Below are positions 51,480-64,000 of a DNA stretch of 64,000 nt, piece after piece. Positions within the stretch are counted from its first letter, which is position 1; every line of letters starts with the position of its first letter. Origin of the DNA: Camelus dromedarius (taxonomy: Eukaryota); contig NC_087436.1 of assembly GCF_036321535.1 (NCBI RefSeq), positions 88,538,001-88,602,000 of the forward strand. Reading direction: 5' to 3'. The notes beneath the pieces are model-generated. The model searched no databases. It was not told the DNA's origin and saw only the letters and a program-made list of their open reading frames with translations. The translations under genes and the position numbers were made by a program.

Positions 51480-52740
51480 CTTTTTGGTGTCTTTCCTATC
51501 TCATTAAATTGCAGCCTCTTCTTTGGTTTCTTAGGTCAAAAAACCTAAAGTCAACCTCGACTCTACTCGTTCACTTGAATCCCAAATCCAATCAATCAGC
51601 AAATCTTTTTGCCTCTATCTTAGAAATATATCCCCTTCTCACCAGCTCCACCCTTTTCTGCCATCCTGGTCTGACCCACTGCCATCTCTCACAGAATTGC
51701 TCTGACAGCTTGAACCTAATGGTTCTCTACATGATCTGTCCTCTAAGACCTTAACTCCTCCCCCTCTCCCCTTGCTTCCTCCAACTTAGCCACCTGGCCT
51801 CCTTGCTGTTCTTTAAATATGCTAAGCACTTGGCTTGGCACATGTCCTCTTGCCAGGCAGGATCTTCCCCCAGAACTGGGCGTGGCTAGCTCTGTCCCTG
51901 TATTGAGGTCTCTGCTGGATGAGGCTTTCCCTGAATACTCCATCTAAACATCCTCCCCCATCCCCACACCATTTTCTATCCCCTTGCTTTATCGTATTAC
52001 TAATCACCGTCTGACTTCTGTGTTTACTGCTTTGTTTATTGTCTTTCCTACCCCATTAGAATATATACTCCACGAGGGCAGGAACTTAGTTTCATTTACT
52101 ATTGACTTCTTTTTTTTTTAACGTGAATATTTATTTTTTTTCGTTTTTCAGTTTTATTAGGTAAAATTGATATAATTTGAATGTGTATATACAATATATT
52201 GCATGTAAATACATACATACAATATACTGCACATTTTTAAAAGTTTACATGTATGTACTGTTCATTGTTTCTAACAGTTTAGAGCTTTAGCTTTTTAAAC
52301 TTACATAGTTATCAAAGGAATAAAACCAACCACAAACTAAGAATCAACAGAATGCAGTAATCCAATCATAAAGGACAGTCAAATATGCTTACACATATTC
52401 AAGAAATCAATCATCTAAGTTATAAATAATAAATAATTCATTCAACAGATGACTGGATAAAGAAGATGTGGTGTGTATATATATACAATGGAGTACTACT
52501 CAGCCATAAAACAGAATGAAATAATGCCATTTGCAGCAACATGGATGGACCTAGGGATCATCACTCTAAATGAAGTTAAGCCAGAAAGAGAAAGAGAGAT
52601 GCCATATGATATCGCTTATCTGTGGGATCTAAAAAAAAAGGGACACAAATGAACTACTATTGACTTCTCAGTGCTTAGAAGAAAGCCTGGTGCTGAGTAA
52701 ATAAGTGTTGAATGAATGACTATGCATGGCTTTGAGCCAG
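51480..52740 (+). mobile_element. L2 3' region interrupted by the 52111-52654 insertion
   Basis: L2 motifs on both sides (ccccattagaat...gagggcagg | cagtgcttagaa...tgttgaatgaatga). Confidence 0.7.
52111..52654 (-). mobile_element. Chimeric retro-insertion: polyadenylated unique sequence (minus strand) plus an inverted L1 fragment
   Basis: Perfect 14-bp TSD tactattgacttct at 52097-52110 and 52655-52668; poly(T) at the left end; L1 in sense orientation at about 52438-52654. Confidence 0.85.
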
Positions 52741-54303
52741 ACACTGGAGATACAATGATGGACAACATAGACACAGCCCCTGCCTCGTGGAGTTCACAGC
52801 TCTCACTGGGGAGACAGACAGTAAACAATGAATTACATGAGGTTTAATTATCATGGTTATCAGTGCTGAGGAGACATCACTGACCACTCTGGCTGAAGGT
52901 CTTGGTGTGTTGGAAGACAGACGATCAAATATTTATTTTATTTTATTTTTACAACAGTCATTTTAATGCACACAGATCAGCAACATAAGTATATTCACAT
53001 CATTGTACACTCAACACCACCAGCCATCTCCAGAACTGTTTCATTTTCTCCAACTAAAATCTCAACTAAACACTAACTCCTCACTCCCTCTCCCACAACC
53101 CCTGGCAACCACCATTCTACTTTCTGTCTCTATGGATTTGACTCCTCTAGGAACCTCATACAAGTAGAATCCTACAGTTTCAATATTTAATAATTTTGGG
53201 CCAAGAGCCAAAATCCCTTGACTCACATAATTTTTGAAATTAAAATACGAAAGAGTCAATGTCATGCAAATGCGCATCTGTAGTTAGAGGCAGTTTAAAT
53301 AGGATTACAAAGATTTAAAGGGAGCTGACAAAGCAAGACTGGGAACCAGACTAAAAGTAGCCTACTAAACAGATAATCCAATGTGGCTGTGTTCTTTCCA
53401 CCAGTCAAGGTTACTGCAGGTCCCAAGAAAAGAAATCCATTGATAGATAGACTGGGTCAAGCGAACTGTACTTTGGAGGGAAAACAAAATAAAACAAAAC
53501 AAAATTAAACATAATTTTGGGTAAATCAGAAAAATATCCTAGCATGTGTGTCATATCTATGAAAATAACATCCCTACTTACCTTCAATTTCGGCAAAGAG
53601 ATAATTTCCCCCCTGAAGTCTTCCAGTCCAGCTCTTTTCCTCCCAAAATCTCAGGGCTCCTTTATGTGCTTCCTCAGCTCTTGATCACACTGTATCGTAA
53701 GCATCTCTTCTTTGCCCGTCTCCCTCCTGTGTATAAACTCTAAGTAAAGGGCTTGCGTGTGCTCCCAGACCTTACAGCAGTGCTCAGCCCAGTGCAGTGC
53801 TCAGGAATTATGTGCTGAATGAATGAACAAATACTGGAATGAATTCTATGCCTTTACGAAGGATTATTGTTTCACATTGTTAAGTGCTCTACACATATTA
53901 AAACACAGATTTTCATTTAAAAAAAGCTGAAATGAATTGTTTCATTTAGTCACACTCTGCTTGAATCATATAATAAGGTATTTAGAAACAAGGTATAAAT
54001 AATGGCTCTGTATCTTTGCCGACTAGTTATTAAATAGCCACATGTACCTGGCTCTCAGAAGTCCAGCTGCAGCGCAAAGCTCCAGTTTACAGGAGAGGGA
54101 GAGGGAGCATGTTATTAAGGGTCCTTTCATTTACCAGCAGTGTGTCATAGGCTCCAATCTTGCTCCATTTATCCTCACAAAAACCTAACGAGGTAGGTGT
54201 TATATTTCCATTTTACAGATGAGCAAATTGAGGCTCAGAAAGCTTAAATCATTTTCTCAAGACTACACAACCAATAAGCATATCCCAAGAATCAAAAATA
54301 TTC

Positions 54304-54412
54304 AGCTCAGTGGTGGAGCGCGTGCTTAGCACGCGTAAGGTCCTGAGTTTAAGACCCAGTATCTCCACTAAAAAAAACCAAAACAGCCCTAATTACAACC
54401 CACCCCCAAAAA
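54304..54412 (+). mobile_element. tRNA-Ala-derived SINE (vic-1-like)
   Basis: agctcagtggtggagcgcgtgcttagcacgcgtaaggtcctgagttt... followed by an A-rich tail and ccctaattac. Confidence 0.75.
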
Positions 54413-55906
54413 AGAGTGTTTAAAAATAGTAAAAGCAATATTATAAACCAGTTATACTTCAATTTAAAAAATGAGGAAACTAAAACTTAGGGGATGAAAA
54501 GACAAAAAAAAAAAAAAAAAAAAAGGATTAGTTAAAAAAACGAAATTCAATTCACCCTTAATTATAGTTTTGAAGTGGGAAGGTGCACGGAGGAAGTGTG
54601 AGAGCAAGTAGGGGAAGGTGCACTTGAGATGAAACAAGTGAGTCATTCCAAAGAGGTGAAGAATTTCCTGAGCGTTTGTGTATGAGTCATGGGGGAAGAG
54701 CAATGTTACGACAAATTCTATGAAATTTTATGATGTCAGCCAGGAATTGAGTCGGCAGGAGGAAGAAAGTTTTATTAAAATTATTGCTTCAACTATTTTT
54801 TTTTTAATTCATTGACTTATTTTAGAAAGTGTCAATGAGCAATCCATGAGAAAATGAATATTCCACAGCTATATGTGGGAGCAAGTTCCCAATCTTGTCA
54901 TTTTGTTTAATTTTTTGGTATATTTGTTTTAGTTATATCTTTTGTGTGTGAGGTAGGACTAGGAAAAGATTGCTCTAACTAACCTAGTCTATTTCCTAAC
55001 CAGAAAATGTATTTTCAACTTTTTAAAGAAAGCAGGCAAATTCATGACAGTAAGCTAATTTATTGTAAAAATAAAAGCTTAACTCTGCCATTGGTCTTTA
55101 AAAAATTACAATAATAGTCACTTATCAAGTGATTACTATGCTTTAGGAAGTGTAATAAATTCTTCATATTACTACATCTCATTTTAAACCTCAGAACAAG
55201 TCTGCTACATATCATGTCTATGCCGTGGGAACTGAATCTGAGGCCTAGAAGGCTCACTACCCATGCTCCAAATTCCAGAGCTAGAGAACAGTGGAGCTGA
55301 GGTTCACACTCAGGCCCGTGACTCCACAACCTCTCCATTTAAACCTAGCGTGATGCCACAGAAACCGCCCCCACCAAAAAGTCGGTGGCCATATTTGGTA
55401 TAAGAGAGACATAGATAGAGTAAACACTGGATTTAAGAACAAAAGGATCTTTTATATCAGACAACAAGTATATAATTTTCTGAAAACCCTCACTCCCAAG
55501 AAGTAATATTTAACTGAGAATGTTAAAGAGGTCCACAAAGGGTCTGAGTATTTTAAGGAATAATAGATCCCAGTTGGGCGGTTAAGAAACATTTAGAATA
55601 TTTCAAGGAGAAAATTTCTTAGATGTGAAGGATATAATCATCATACAAAAAGTAATAATAAAAACTGTTTTTGAGCACTTCTGTGTAGGTGATGTGCTAA
55701 GGGGCTTGTAGGTTATGTCCAACTTATCGATGAGAAACTGAATCACAGTTGGTGAAAAACAAGAGTTTTTTTCTAATATACGGAGCTCTTTGCTGTTGCT
55801 GTTAGAGACACAATGCTGAAATGGGTGAATTGACATGATTTTTCATGTTCTTACTTTCCAGATAACTAAGGCAGTGTGGTGCTCTGGGGTTAGATAGGTC
55901 TTGGTG

Positions 55907-56258
55907 TGGAGTTGCCAGATAAAATCCAGAACACCCAGTTAGATTTGAATTTCAGATAAGTAACAAAAGACTTTTTTTTCTCTTTTTTTGTATATATTTT
56001 TTATTGAAGTACAGTCAGTCTACAATGTTGCATTAATTTCCAGTGTACGGCACAATGCTTCAATCATACATGAAAATAAATATATTCATTTTCATATTCT
56101 TTTTCACTATAGGTTACTGCAAGATATTGAATATAGTTCCCTGTGCTATATAGTATGAACTTGTTTATTTTCAAATAAATTTTTAGCATAAGTTTGTCTA
56201 ATGCAATAGTTGGGACACACTCATACTGTATTTTTATTTGCTAAATCTAGCAACCGTA
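55907..56258. mobile_element. MER53-like MITE split by an L1 3' end (about 55972-56171), itself inside a MIR
   Basis: gttgccagataaaatccag...gaatttcagataa, then the L1 piece, then ...tgtatttttatttgctaaatctagcaaccgta. Confidence 0.75.
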
Positions 56259-59200
56259 TGTGGTTGAATCTGTGTGAATCCCAGCTAACTGACACGCTAC
56301 TAGCCATTGTGACCCTCTGCAAATTACCTCATCTCCCAGCCTTCATGTCCTCCTCTATAAAATGAAGTAGATTCTGTATCCCAGTTTTGGGATTTAAGCC
56401 ATGTATTTAGTGTTGAGAAAAGTTAAATTCCTTCCCACCTTGAGAATTTCTCTTTGTATGTCTGTTCATTACTTATTTTCTTTTATACCTGTCATTTTAA
56501 CACTTATTACCATTTTGCGCTTTTTGCAATGTTTTTACGAGTAATTTCATAGAGATGAGCTTAAGGTCCAGCCATGTCACTCAAAGCAAGGGGCTTAGTT
56601 TTCTAAGTAGATTATGTAACTGCTTAAAGAGGAGACAGCATGAGACTGACACAGTATCGTTTTAGCATAAAGCTAACTTGTGACACACAAGTGGCCATAG
56701 TGGTTAGTTTGGAGGAGGTTTACAATGAATTGATTTATCAAAAATACACACTAGCAGCTTAAAGGGTTGTGTTTAACTACAAGATTGCAGAAAAGCAACT
56801 CAAAATAGTAAATTTGGTAAAATATTGATTGATCAATGAAAAATGGAAAGATGTCAACAAATTACCAATGATAGTCATTTATTTAACTTTATAAAGTCAA
56901 ACAGGTAAACATAGATTTTCTGGAAATTATATTGGCAATAAAAATTTAAAGTGATAAGAATGGTAATATGCTTTAGTAATTTCATTTCTAAGAAAATAGT
57001 AAATGATCACATGTGTGCATAACAATTTAAGAATAAGAACGTTTATCTCGAAATATTTTAGACCAGAGAAAATGTCCAATGATATGAAAATCAATCAATA
57101 AATCATGGGGTCATGGAATAATGGAATATGATAGAATATTATGCAGTCTTACAAAGGATGTTTTGGACAGATATTTAGTAGTATAAAATGATAATAAGTG
57201 AAATCAGAATTACTTATATATATGTATATAAATCAGAATGTATAAACCAAAACCAAAATGGTAAGAATGTATTTGTTTTATTTTCTTCCTTTCTGTATTA
57301 TCCAAATTCTATGAAACATGTTTTATTTTATAATTAAAAATAAAATATTATTTAAAAAATCTACAATCCAAAAGTCAATTTTCCAAAAGTACTCAGTACT
57401 CTGCTAATTTTATTTTCCAAACATCTTGGGGTATCCCTCTTTTGAGAACCTCTTAGCCCCACTGGAAACTGAAGCCGTTGAACTGGGACGGTAAACATTA
57501 CTGGGTGATTCAGTGGCTAATTATTCAGTAGGACAAATACTGCAAGTTCTGGAGAAAGAATGCTGTATTTTTGGAGATGAAAGGTTAAAATTAAGGCAGT
57601 TGCTAAATGGAGACAGTATTTATTTCATGACATTCTGATTTTCAGCAATAAATCAGAAAAAAAAGTTTTGTGAGTATGTAAACGGTCAAATATTGCGTTA
57701 AAAATTCTGAGGAAAATTTACTTTTAGGTCATTAGAATAACATTTAGACATTAAGTGTCATATCTTCATGTTTTTTGCACATTAAAAGTATGAATTATTC
57801 TCTCAGGCAAGCTGTTTTATTTCTGACCAGATATATTTCAAACATGCAGTTCTTTGACAAAATACACACAATAAACAGACAAATGAATAAATAAGTGCAC
57901 CCAATTTATATTTCAGTTATTTTTTTAATAAGATGGCACTCTATTTAAAAATTTAGTCACACTTTGTTGAAACCTAGAGTTCTTTCCAGATTGTAACCCT
58001 GGGTGTATTGATAACATAACCCTAATAAAACTCATCAGGCAATTTTCCCTTTGGTCAAGTTTACTTGCAAATTTGTTAAGAGAGCTGTAGTTCTGAGAAA
58101 TGCCCTTTTATCCCTCACCCTCACACATGTTAATAAGCTCGGGCTTGAGCGAAGGATAATGGTGATTTGGTTGCTGTTATTTTCATCTGTATATAAATCC
58201 ACAAATCCAATACTGACTCATGAATATCCTCCCTTGTCCGTGCCACAGAACTGCTTCTTTCCTTGGGAATGATGAAGAAAACTAGTTGTTTGTGCATGTT
58301 TAAAGAAAGCAAAAAGATCAGCATATTTATTATGTAAAAAAATTAGGACCTGGCTTTTGACAATGTCAAGATTTATACTGTATCCCTCTTTGTTCTGGAT
58401 ACACTGCTGACTTCCATTTCTAGAAGACACGTGTATACTGCTTAAGCAACCAAAGGTAAGAACCCAGTGGTCATTACAATTGCATTTTCACATGTGTTTA
58501 TACCTCTGTTTTGTAAAAGCATCAGGATTTGCTTTGTTTTCCATGTTACATGCTTTCTAGTTACAGCTGATGATTGTATTTTTATTGACTTCTTGGGTTT
58601 TTTGGACAGACACATGAATATCCTACTAAAATACCATTTTAGTTAAAAATAGCAATACATAAGGCATGGCAATGATTCTGCTAACCTGAATATCAAAACA
58701 TAGTAAATGCTACCTTTTTGCAAATTTCAAGTTCGTTTTTAGAAGTCAAAGCAGTACCTTTGGCAGATGTGTCTTTTCCCAAAGGAAGTAGCATATACTA
58801 GGTTTTTTTTCTCTTTAAAACATTTGAAGGCAGAACACTGTCAAATCCATATAAATCTTAACAAAAAATTAACTCCTGAAAATATGAGGATTAAGAACTT
58901 CTTAAGTGTTAGGTTCTTTATAAGCATTATTATAACAACTTGCATATGCCCTTTTAGAGATGAATAAGTAAGTGGTCTAAAGAGATTTTATGACTCCCTC
59001 AAGGCAACATATTACTATTATGTGATGGAGCCAGAATTTAAATCACTTTGCCTTTTATTTATTTTTATTTATTAATTTTTTGGCCTTTTGACACCACACC
59101 TTGCCTTCTCTTAATTCTCCATGATAGGCATGTATATTTTAATTAGACTTTAAAAACATCAATTACTGTCATGTTTTATTTTTATAAGTTTAAAAACTAC

Positions 59201-59644
59201 TCTTGATCATTTTGTTGTGCCAAGATTATGGGATTTTAAATATTCATGATTTCATTCTATATCAGAAAGTTAGACATTATTAAACTAAGCTTTTAAAATG
59301 TTCCTACTGATAAAGACACGTCTTATGGTTGGCTTTTTACATTTTGACCTTTTCTATTTACATATTCCTGAATCAATTTGTTCTACTACATTCATTCTTT
59401 CACTTAGCATTCCCTCCATAAATATTGCTCACTCATGTCATTGTTAGATCAAGCAGGCAGACAAAAGAGAATGGACATGGTGGTGGTGAAGTATCAGTGT
59501 GTAATGGTAAATAAAAGACAAGCGCTTATAATTACACCTAATGGTTCTGAAATGTACAAATATTCCAAAGTATGAATCAACTTAACTTTAATAATTCATG
59601 CAGCTTTAGCTGATGAGAGATGACATGAAATTTAACATAAATTC

Positions 59645-59735
59645 TTTTTTTTTTAATGTAAGTACTGCAGATTGAATGCAGGACCTCATGCATATTAAGC
59701 ATGTGCTCTACCATTGCCGCTATTACCCACCCCGC
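59645..59735 (-). mobile_element. Diverged tRNA-Ala-derived SINE
   Basis: gtactgcagattgaatgcaggacctcatgcatattaagcatgtgctctacca. Confidence 0.7.
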
Positions 59736-59947
59736 TAGAGAGTTTTTTTTTTTAACATGTATTCTTGGAAAAATAGGAAATTAGTAATAAAAGAAAACTT
59801 CTTTAACATAATAAAGGAAATTTATCTGAAATCAGTGGGCAAAATAAGAGAAATTCTAGAGACTGAAACAAGAAGATATAATATCTTCTATTTAACATTG
59901 ATAACTTCTACTCATCAACATGAAATAAGAAAAAGAAATGAGGTAAG

Positions 59948-60093
59948 TTTTTTTTTAAGTTTTTTTACATTTTTGGGGGAGGTAATTAGGTTTATTTATT
60001 TATTTGATTTTTTTTAAGGAGGTACTGGGGATTGAACCCAGGACCTCATGCATGCTAGGCATGTGCTCTCCCATTGAGCTATACCCTCCCCCT
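59948..60093 (-). mobile_element. tRNA-Ala-derived SINE (vic-1-like), long form, within an old L1M fragment
   Basis: ggaggtactggggattgaacccaggacctcatgcatgctaggcatgtgctctcccattgagctataccc. Confidence 0.85.
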
Positions 60094-62006
60094 GAGATAT
60101 ACATTTTGAAGAGATAAAATTATCAGTACTTGTGGGTATATGTATAAAATTGTCTACCTAGAAAACTCAAGTGGATCAATTTAAAACTATTAAAACTAAA
60201 GTTCAATAAGATGATAGGCTACAAAGGAAATATATAAATTAATAGCTCTCCTATAAACCAGTAATAATTAGTTAGACAAAATAACAAAAAACAGATCTTA
60301 TTTACAGATACAAAATTTAAATACATAGAGTACATTTAATAAGAAATATGCCTCGCTTATTTAATGAAAATTATGAAGACTAACAAAGTAGCTTTTTAAA
60401 AGCCATCAATAAATGATGAGATGTCCCTTGTCATGTGATTAAATTTTTTAAAATATATTAAGTATGTTGATTCTCCCAAAATTAATCCATAAATTTCATG
60501 AAACCTCTTTTTAAAAGCATATTGTTTACTTGGGAACTTGATAAAATTATTCTAAAGGCAACTGGGAATATAAATGTACGTTGTACTTGTTATAGGAATA
60601 GTTATTTAATTACTATCATTAAAATGATGACAGAGTGTAGATGTTTATTTTTTGAGAGTAGTGTTCACACAATAAAATAAATAATAAAAATGAAGCAAAA
60701 TTTTTTTGGATGCTTCTTATAAGCCTGGCATTATGTAAGTTTCTGAAAACATAAAAATCAGAGCTCATTGGTACCTGCTTTTAAGTCTGGTGGGAAAGAC
60801 ACTGATCATTGGATCGTGATAAAATAGTGGGTCAGTGCCCTGATGGTAAATGCTCCGCAGATGTGAGTGCTGAGGGGAAGCCGCAGGCACCCAGGTGTCC
60901 TAATCCCAGCCACGAGAAATACTCGCTCTTTTCTTCATTCTTTAATTCCTTCACATACTCTTTCCTCTGCCAAGAATGCTCATTTCCTCTTACTGCCTAG
61001 CAAACTCCTACTCTTTCTTCAAAATCCAGTTCCATATTCCCTTCTTTTGAAAGCTTTTCGTGAGTCTCCCAACTCTACAGAGTTGGCCTGTGTACACACA
61101 AAGTTGTCATGTTGGATTTTTATTACTTACAAAGTTCTCTTGTTAACTTCTGCAGGGCTGGAAGCCTGTCAACATTCTATTCTTCCTCTTTTCTTTCTCC
61201 CCTTCACACCACAGCAAGCTACATGGTTCTGCTGCTCACACAGCCCATGCTCAACCAGTGCTGAGAAGCAAAAATACTAATTAAGGGCAGATTGGAATAT
61301 GTTATCTGCAAATTGTCAATATAAAATATTAGTACTTTTTATATGTTCTTTTGGGTCTAAGATATAGATTTGTAAGAAAAGCAGGAAGAAAATTATCCTA
61401 AATTCCAAATACTTTTTGTGACTGACAAAAATCTCTGTGTAATTAGAGTCCAGGGGATCTCAAGTGTTGGGTTCTAAGTATTTATTTGCCTTTTTATATG
61501 TTTACTCACCTTTATTATTTTCCATCAAAAGTTTGTATTTGCTTTGTCCCAGGGTATATAAAGAGAAAAAGAAAGTTCTCTGCTCTTGAGAAGCTTAGAG
61601 AATATTGGGAAAGTGGGACATTCATATGCAAACATAGATTTATGCACAACGAAGTAAATGCTTATGGCCAAAGTGATGACTCAAAGTACAGTCAATACAT
61701 GTAATGGATGGTGAAACCACAGTCGATCTAATAGAAGATGGACCCTTAAGTTAGACTTTCCAAAAGCACTTCTCATGAACATGCATTTCTTGAGAAATTC
61801 CATTGTGAAACAGATATTTGGGTGAGGTACCCTAATATAAAAGGCAAGGAAACCTTCAGGTAATAGAATTTATTAATTTCTATGGTGAATTTTTAGAATT
61901 CAAAATACTTTCTGATTCAATGAGGAAAGTGGGAAGGATAACACATTAAGGCTTCTGACCATTGTGGAAAGCCTTCATTCTTACCCTTAGCTAGTATAAC
62001 ACATTG

Positions 62007-62114
62007 TCTCTGTTTATTAGTTGTTTTTTTTTTTAATGGAGCTACTGGGGATTGAACCTAGAACCTAGTGCATGCTAAGCATGCACTCTACCACTTGAAC
62101 TATACCCTCCCTCC
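62007..62114 (-). mobile_element. tRNA-Ala-derived SINE (vic-1-like) with TSD
   Basis: TSD taacacattg at 61997 and 62115; tRNA-like body. Confidence 0.85.
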
Positions 62115-62667
62115 TAACACATTGACTGTAAAGAAAACTTTCTTTGATTATGTAAGGTCTCATGATGCCACAGGGTCATAGTATATATGATTTTATTGTT
62201 GTAATCAAGTCTTTAAATTTATTTGAAAAACATTCCTAGTTCTGGTCACTGGGAATGGAGTAGTGAGCAAGGAATTTTTGCTCTTATGCTGCTTATTTTT
62301 TCTGGCATTTAAATCACTCTGTTATATCATCGTGTTTTCTTCTAAAATGTTTTGGCCAAAAAAAGGAGTCTGGAAAACATATTTGGTTTTATTAATTAGC
62401 TTTTGATTAATTGAGACTTTGTGGTAGCTGCTTTGTAAATTTTCAGTGGATTTTAAAAGTGATGATAATAGCTATGATAATAATGACCTCCTTATTGAAA
62501 TCGTTTCTTCCTGAGAAAGTGTGTTTTCTTTGTAAGTTGATCGGTTGACTTAACGGGGCTGAAAGGTCCCTGTGTTTATTATGCACGCATATAGCAACAG
62601 TGTTGTGTCAGTTCTGTTTTAGTCTTCCTGGGAATCACAGTTTTCTTCTGATTCTATGGAGATAATT

Positions 62668-62770
62668 TTTTATAGAAGTATAGACAGTTTCCAATGTCAT
62701 GTCAATTTCTGGCATACAGCATAATGTTTCAGTCATCCATATATATATACATACATTCCTTTTCACATTT
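62668..62770 (-). mobile_element. Very short L1 3' end
   Basis: tttatagaagtatagacagtttccaatgtc...; flanks tatggagataatt / tataaagataatt. Confidence 0.6.
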
Positions 62771-64000
62771 ATAAAGATAATTATTAAATCGTTGGTTTGA
62801 CAAATTTGACTTCTCAAAGTCATAGTTCAAGGAGGGAGGGGTTACAGAAAGATTATTTTAAGCATTTTAGCTCTCTTCATCTCCACAAGAAAACTGATGG
62901 TTGTCTCTCTCTCCAAGTTTGGGGATTATATAATAACACCATCAACTCACGTTTGTGTAACTCTTCACAGCCTTCCATAGTGTTTTGCACGGATTTTTCA
63001 TTAGCTCCCTGTAGAGAATCAGTACAGTAGGCAGGGTGGGCATTAGCTTCTCCACTTTACAGAGGTGGAAACTGAGGCTCAGAGAGCTCTCTGCCAGCAT
63101 CTCACTGGCACTTTGGTGAAGAGCTGGGGCCAGAACCCAAGTCTTCGCCAAGCAAGGAATGGCTGTTTTCAGGCACTGGCCACCTCTCTGTGGCAGAGCC
63201 AGCAAAGCCTGTTCTGGATGTTTACACAACCCTGAGAGCATTGTTCAATATTAAGAAACAACCTTAGTCTGCAGTGGATACTGAGATTGGGCAAGGACTA
63301 GAAAACATTATTTTGAAGTAAAAGTGCTAACACAAATTATTTTTGCTACTAAACAAAATCCCATTTAAAAATACTACCTTCTTTTTACTCATTAAGAAAG
63401 TAAATTAGGAGAAAATTCAGAAGAACACAAAGAAGAAAACAAAACAAAAAAATTATGATCCTACCCATAAAAACTTAACATGTTTAACATTAAAGTGCTT
63501 ATCCTTTCTGTGCACATATACAGAATTTTTCATAAAAAGTGATGATACTGTAAATACTGCTTAACAACCTGCTTTTTCTGCTTAACATCATATCATGAAC
63601 AGTTCTACAAGTTGTTAAATAATGTTCTTTTGAGAAAAACTATCGAGATGAAAAAATACACTTTTATTATAAAATTAATAGGTTCTCATTGTATAAAATT
63701 CAAACAATACAGAGATCTACTCTCCAGAGGCAACTATTGTTTACAATTCACTGCATATTGTTCTGCACTTTTCTATGAGGCCTGAATTTTACTGGTTGCA
63801 TCTACAGGTTAGAGTACCTTCTTTAGAAAAGATTAAAAAAAAAAAAGGTTTGCACTAAGAAGAAGAGGGCATCATTTTTTTAAAAAAAAGGTACATACTT
63901 ATTAGTGTCAATATAACAAAATAATTTGTAAATAACAAATACAGCATTTATCCAAATCTTTTGGAACATTCACAGAGAATTCCACTATGGAATGCACCCA

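Noticed and set aside
57900..58560. Non-repetitive stretch considered as a processed pseudogene or CNGA1 coding exon
   Set aside because: No recognisable protein motif in any frame, no poly(A) with TSD, and no match to the CNGA1 N-terminus as I recall it.
60017..60093. Apparent tRNA-Ala genes (this copy and those at 20530, 38528, 54304, 59645, 62007)
   Set aside because: Diverged stems, A-rich tails and, in some copies, TSDs identify them as SINEs rather than functional tRNAs.

Overview
Mammalian genomic DNA, probably from a camelid (inferred from several tRNA-Ala-derived SINE copies resembling vic-1). The window holds the last three coding exons of the Tec-family kinase TXK (+ strand, 1049-5796) and the complete six-exon gene NIPAL1 (- strand, CDS 44021 to 24105, 413 aa when spliced, all introns GT-AG). 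A CpG island at about 43.1-44.5 kb contains the NIPAL1 promoter. By human synteny (TXK-NIPAL1-CNGA1) it probably also drives CNGA1 divergently, but I recognised no CNGA1 coding exon. The rest is intronic or intergenic and rich in L1, L2, MIR, SINE, solo LTR and MER DNA-transposon relics, many with readable target-site duplications (TSDs). I see no new gene system. The most unusual item is a TSD-flanked chimeric retro-insertion at 52097-52668: an inverted L1 fragment fused to unique, mRNA-3'UTR-like sequence with two stacked poly(A) units. Two triple-nested transposon insertions are also notable. Repeat family names come from recalled consensus sequences, not from a database search. Almost all other ORFs in the supplied track look spurious.
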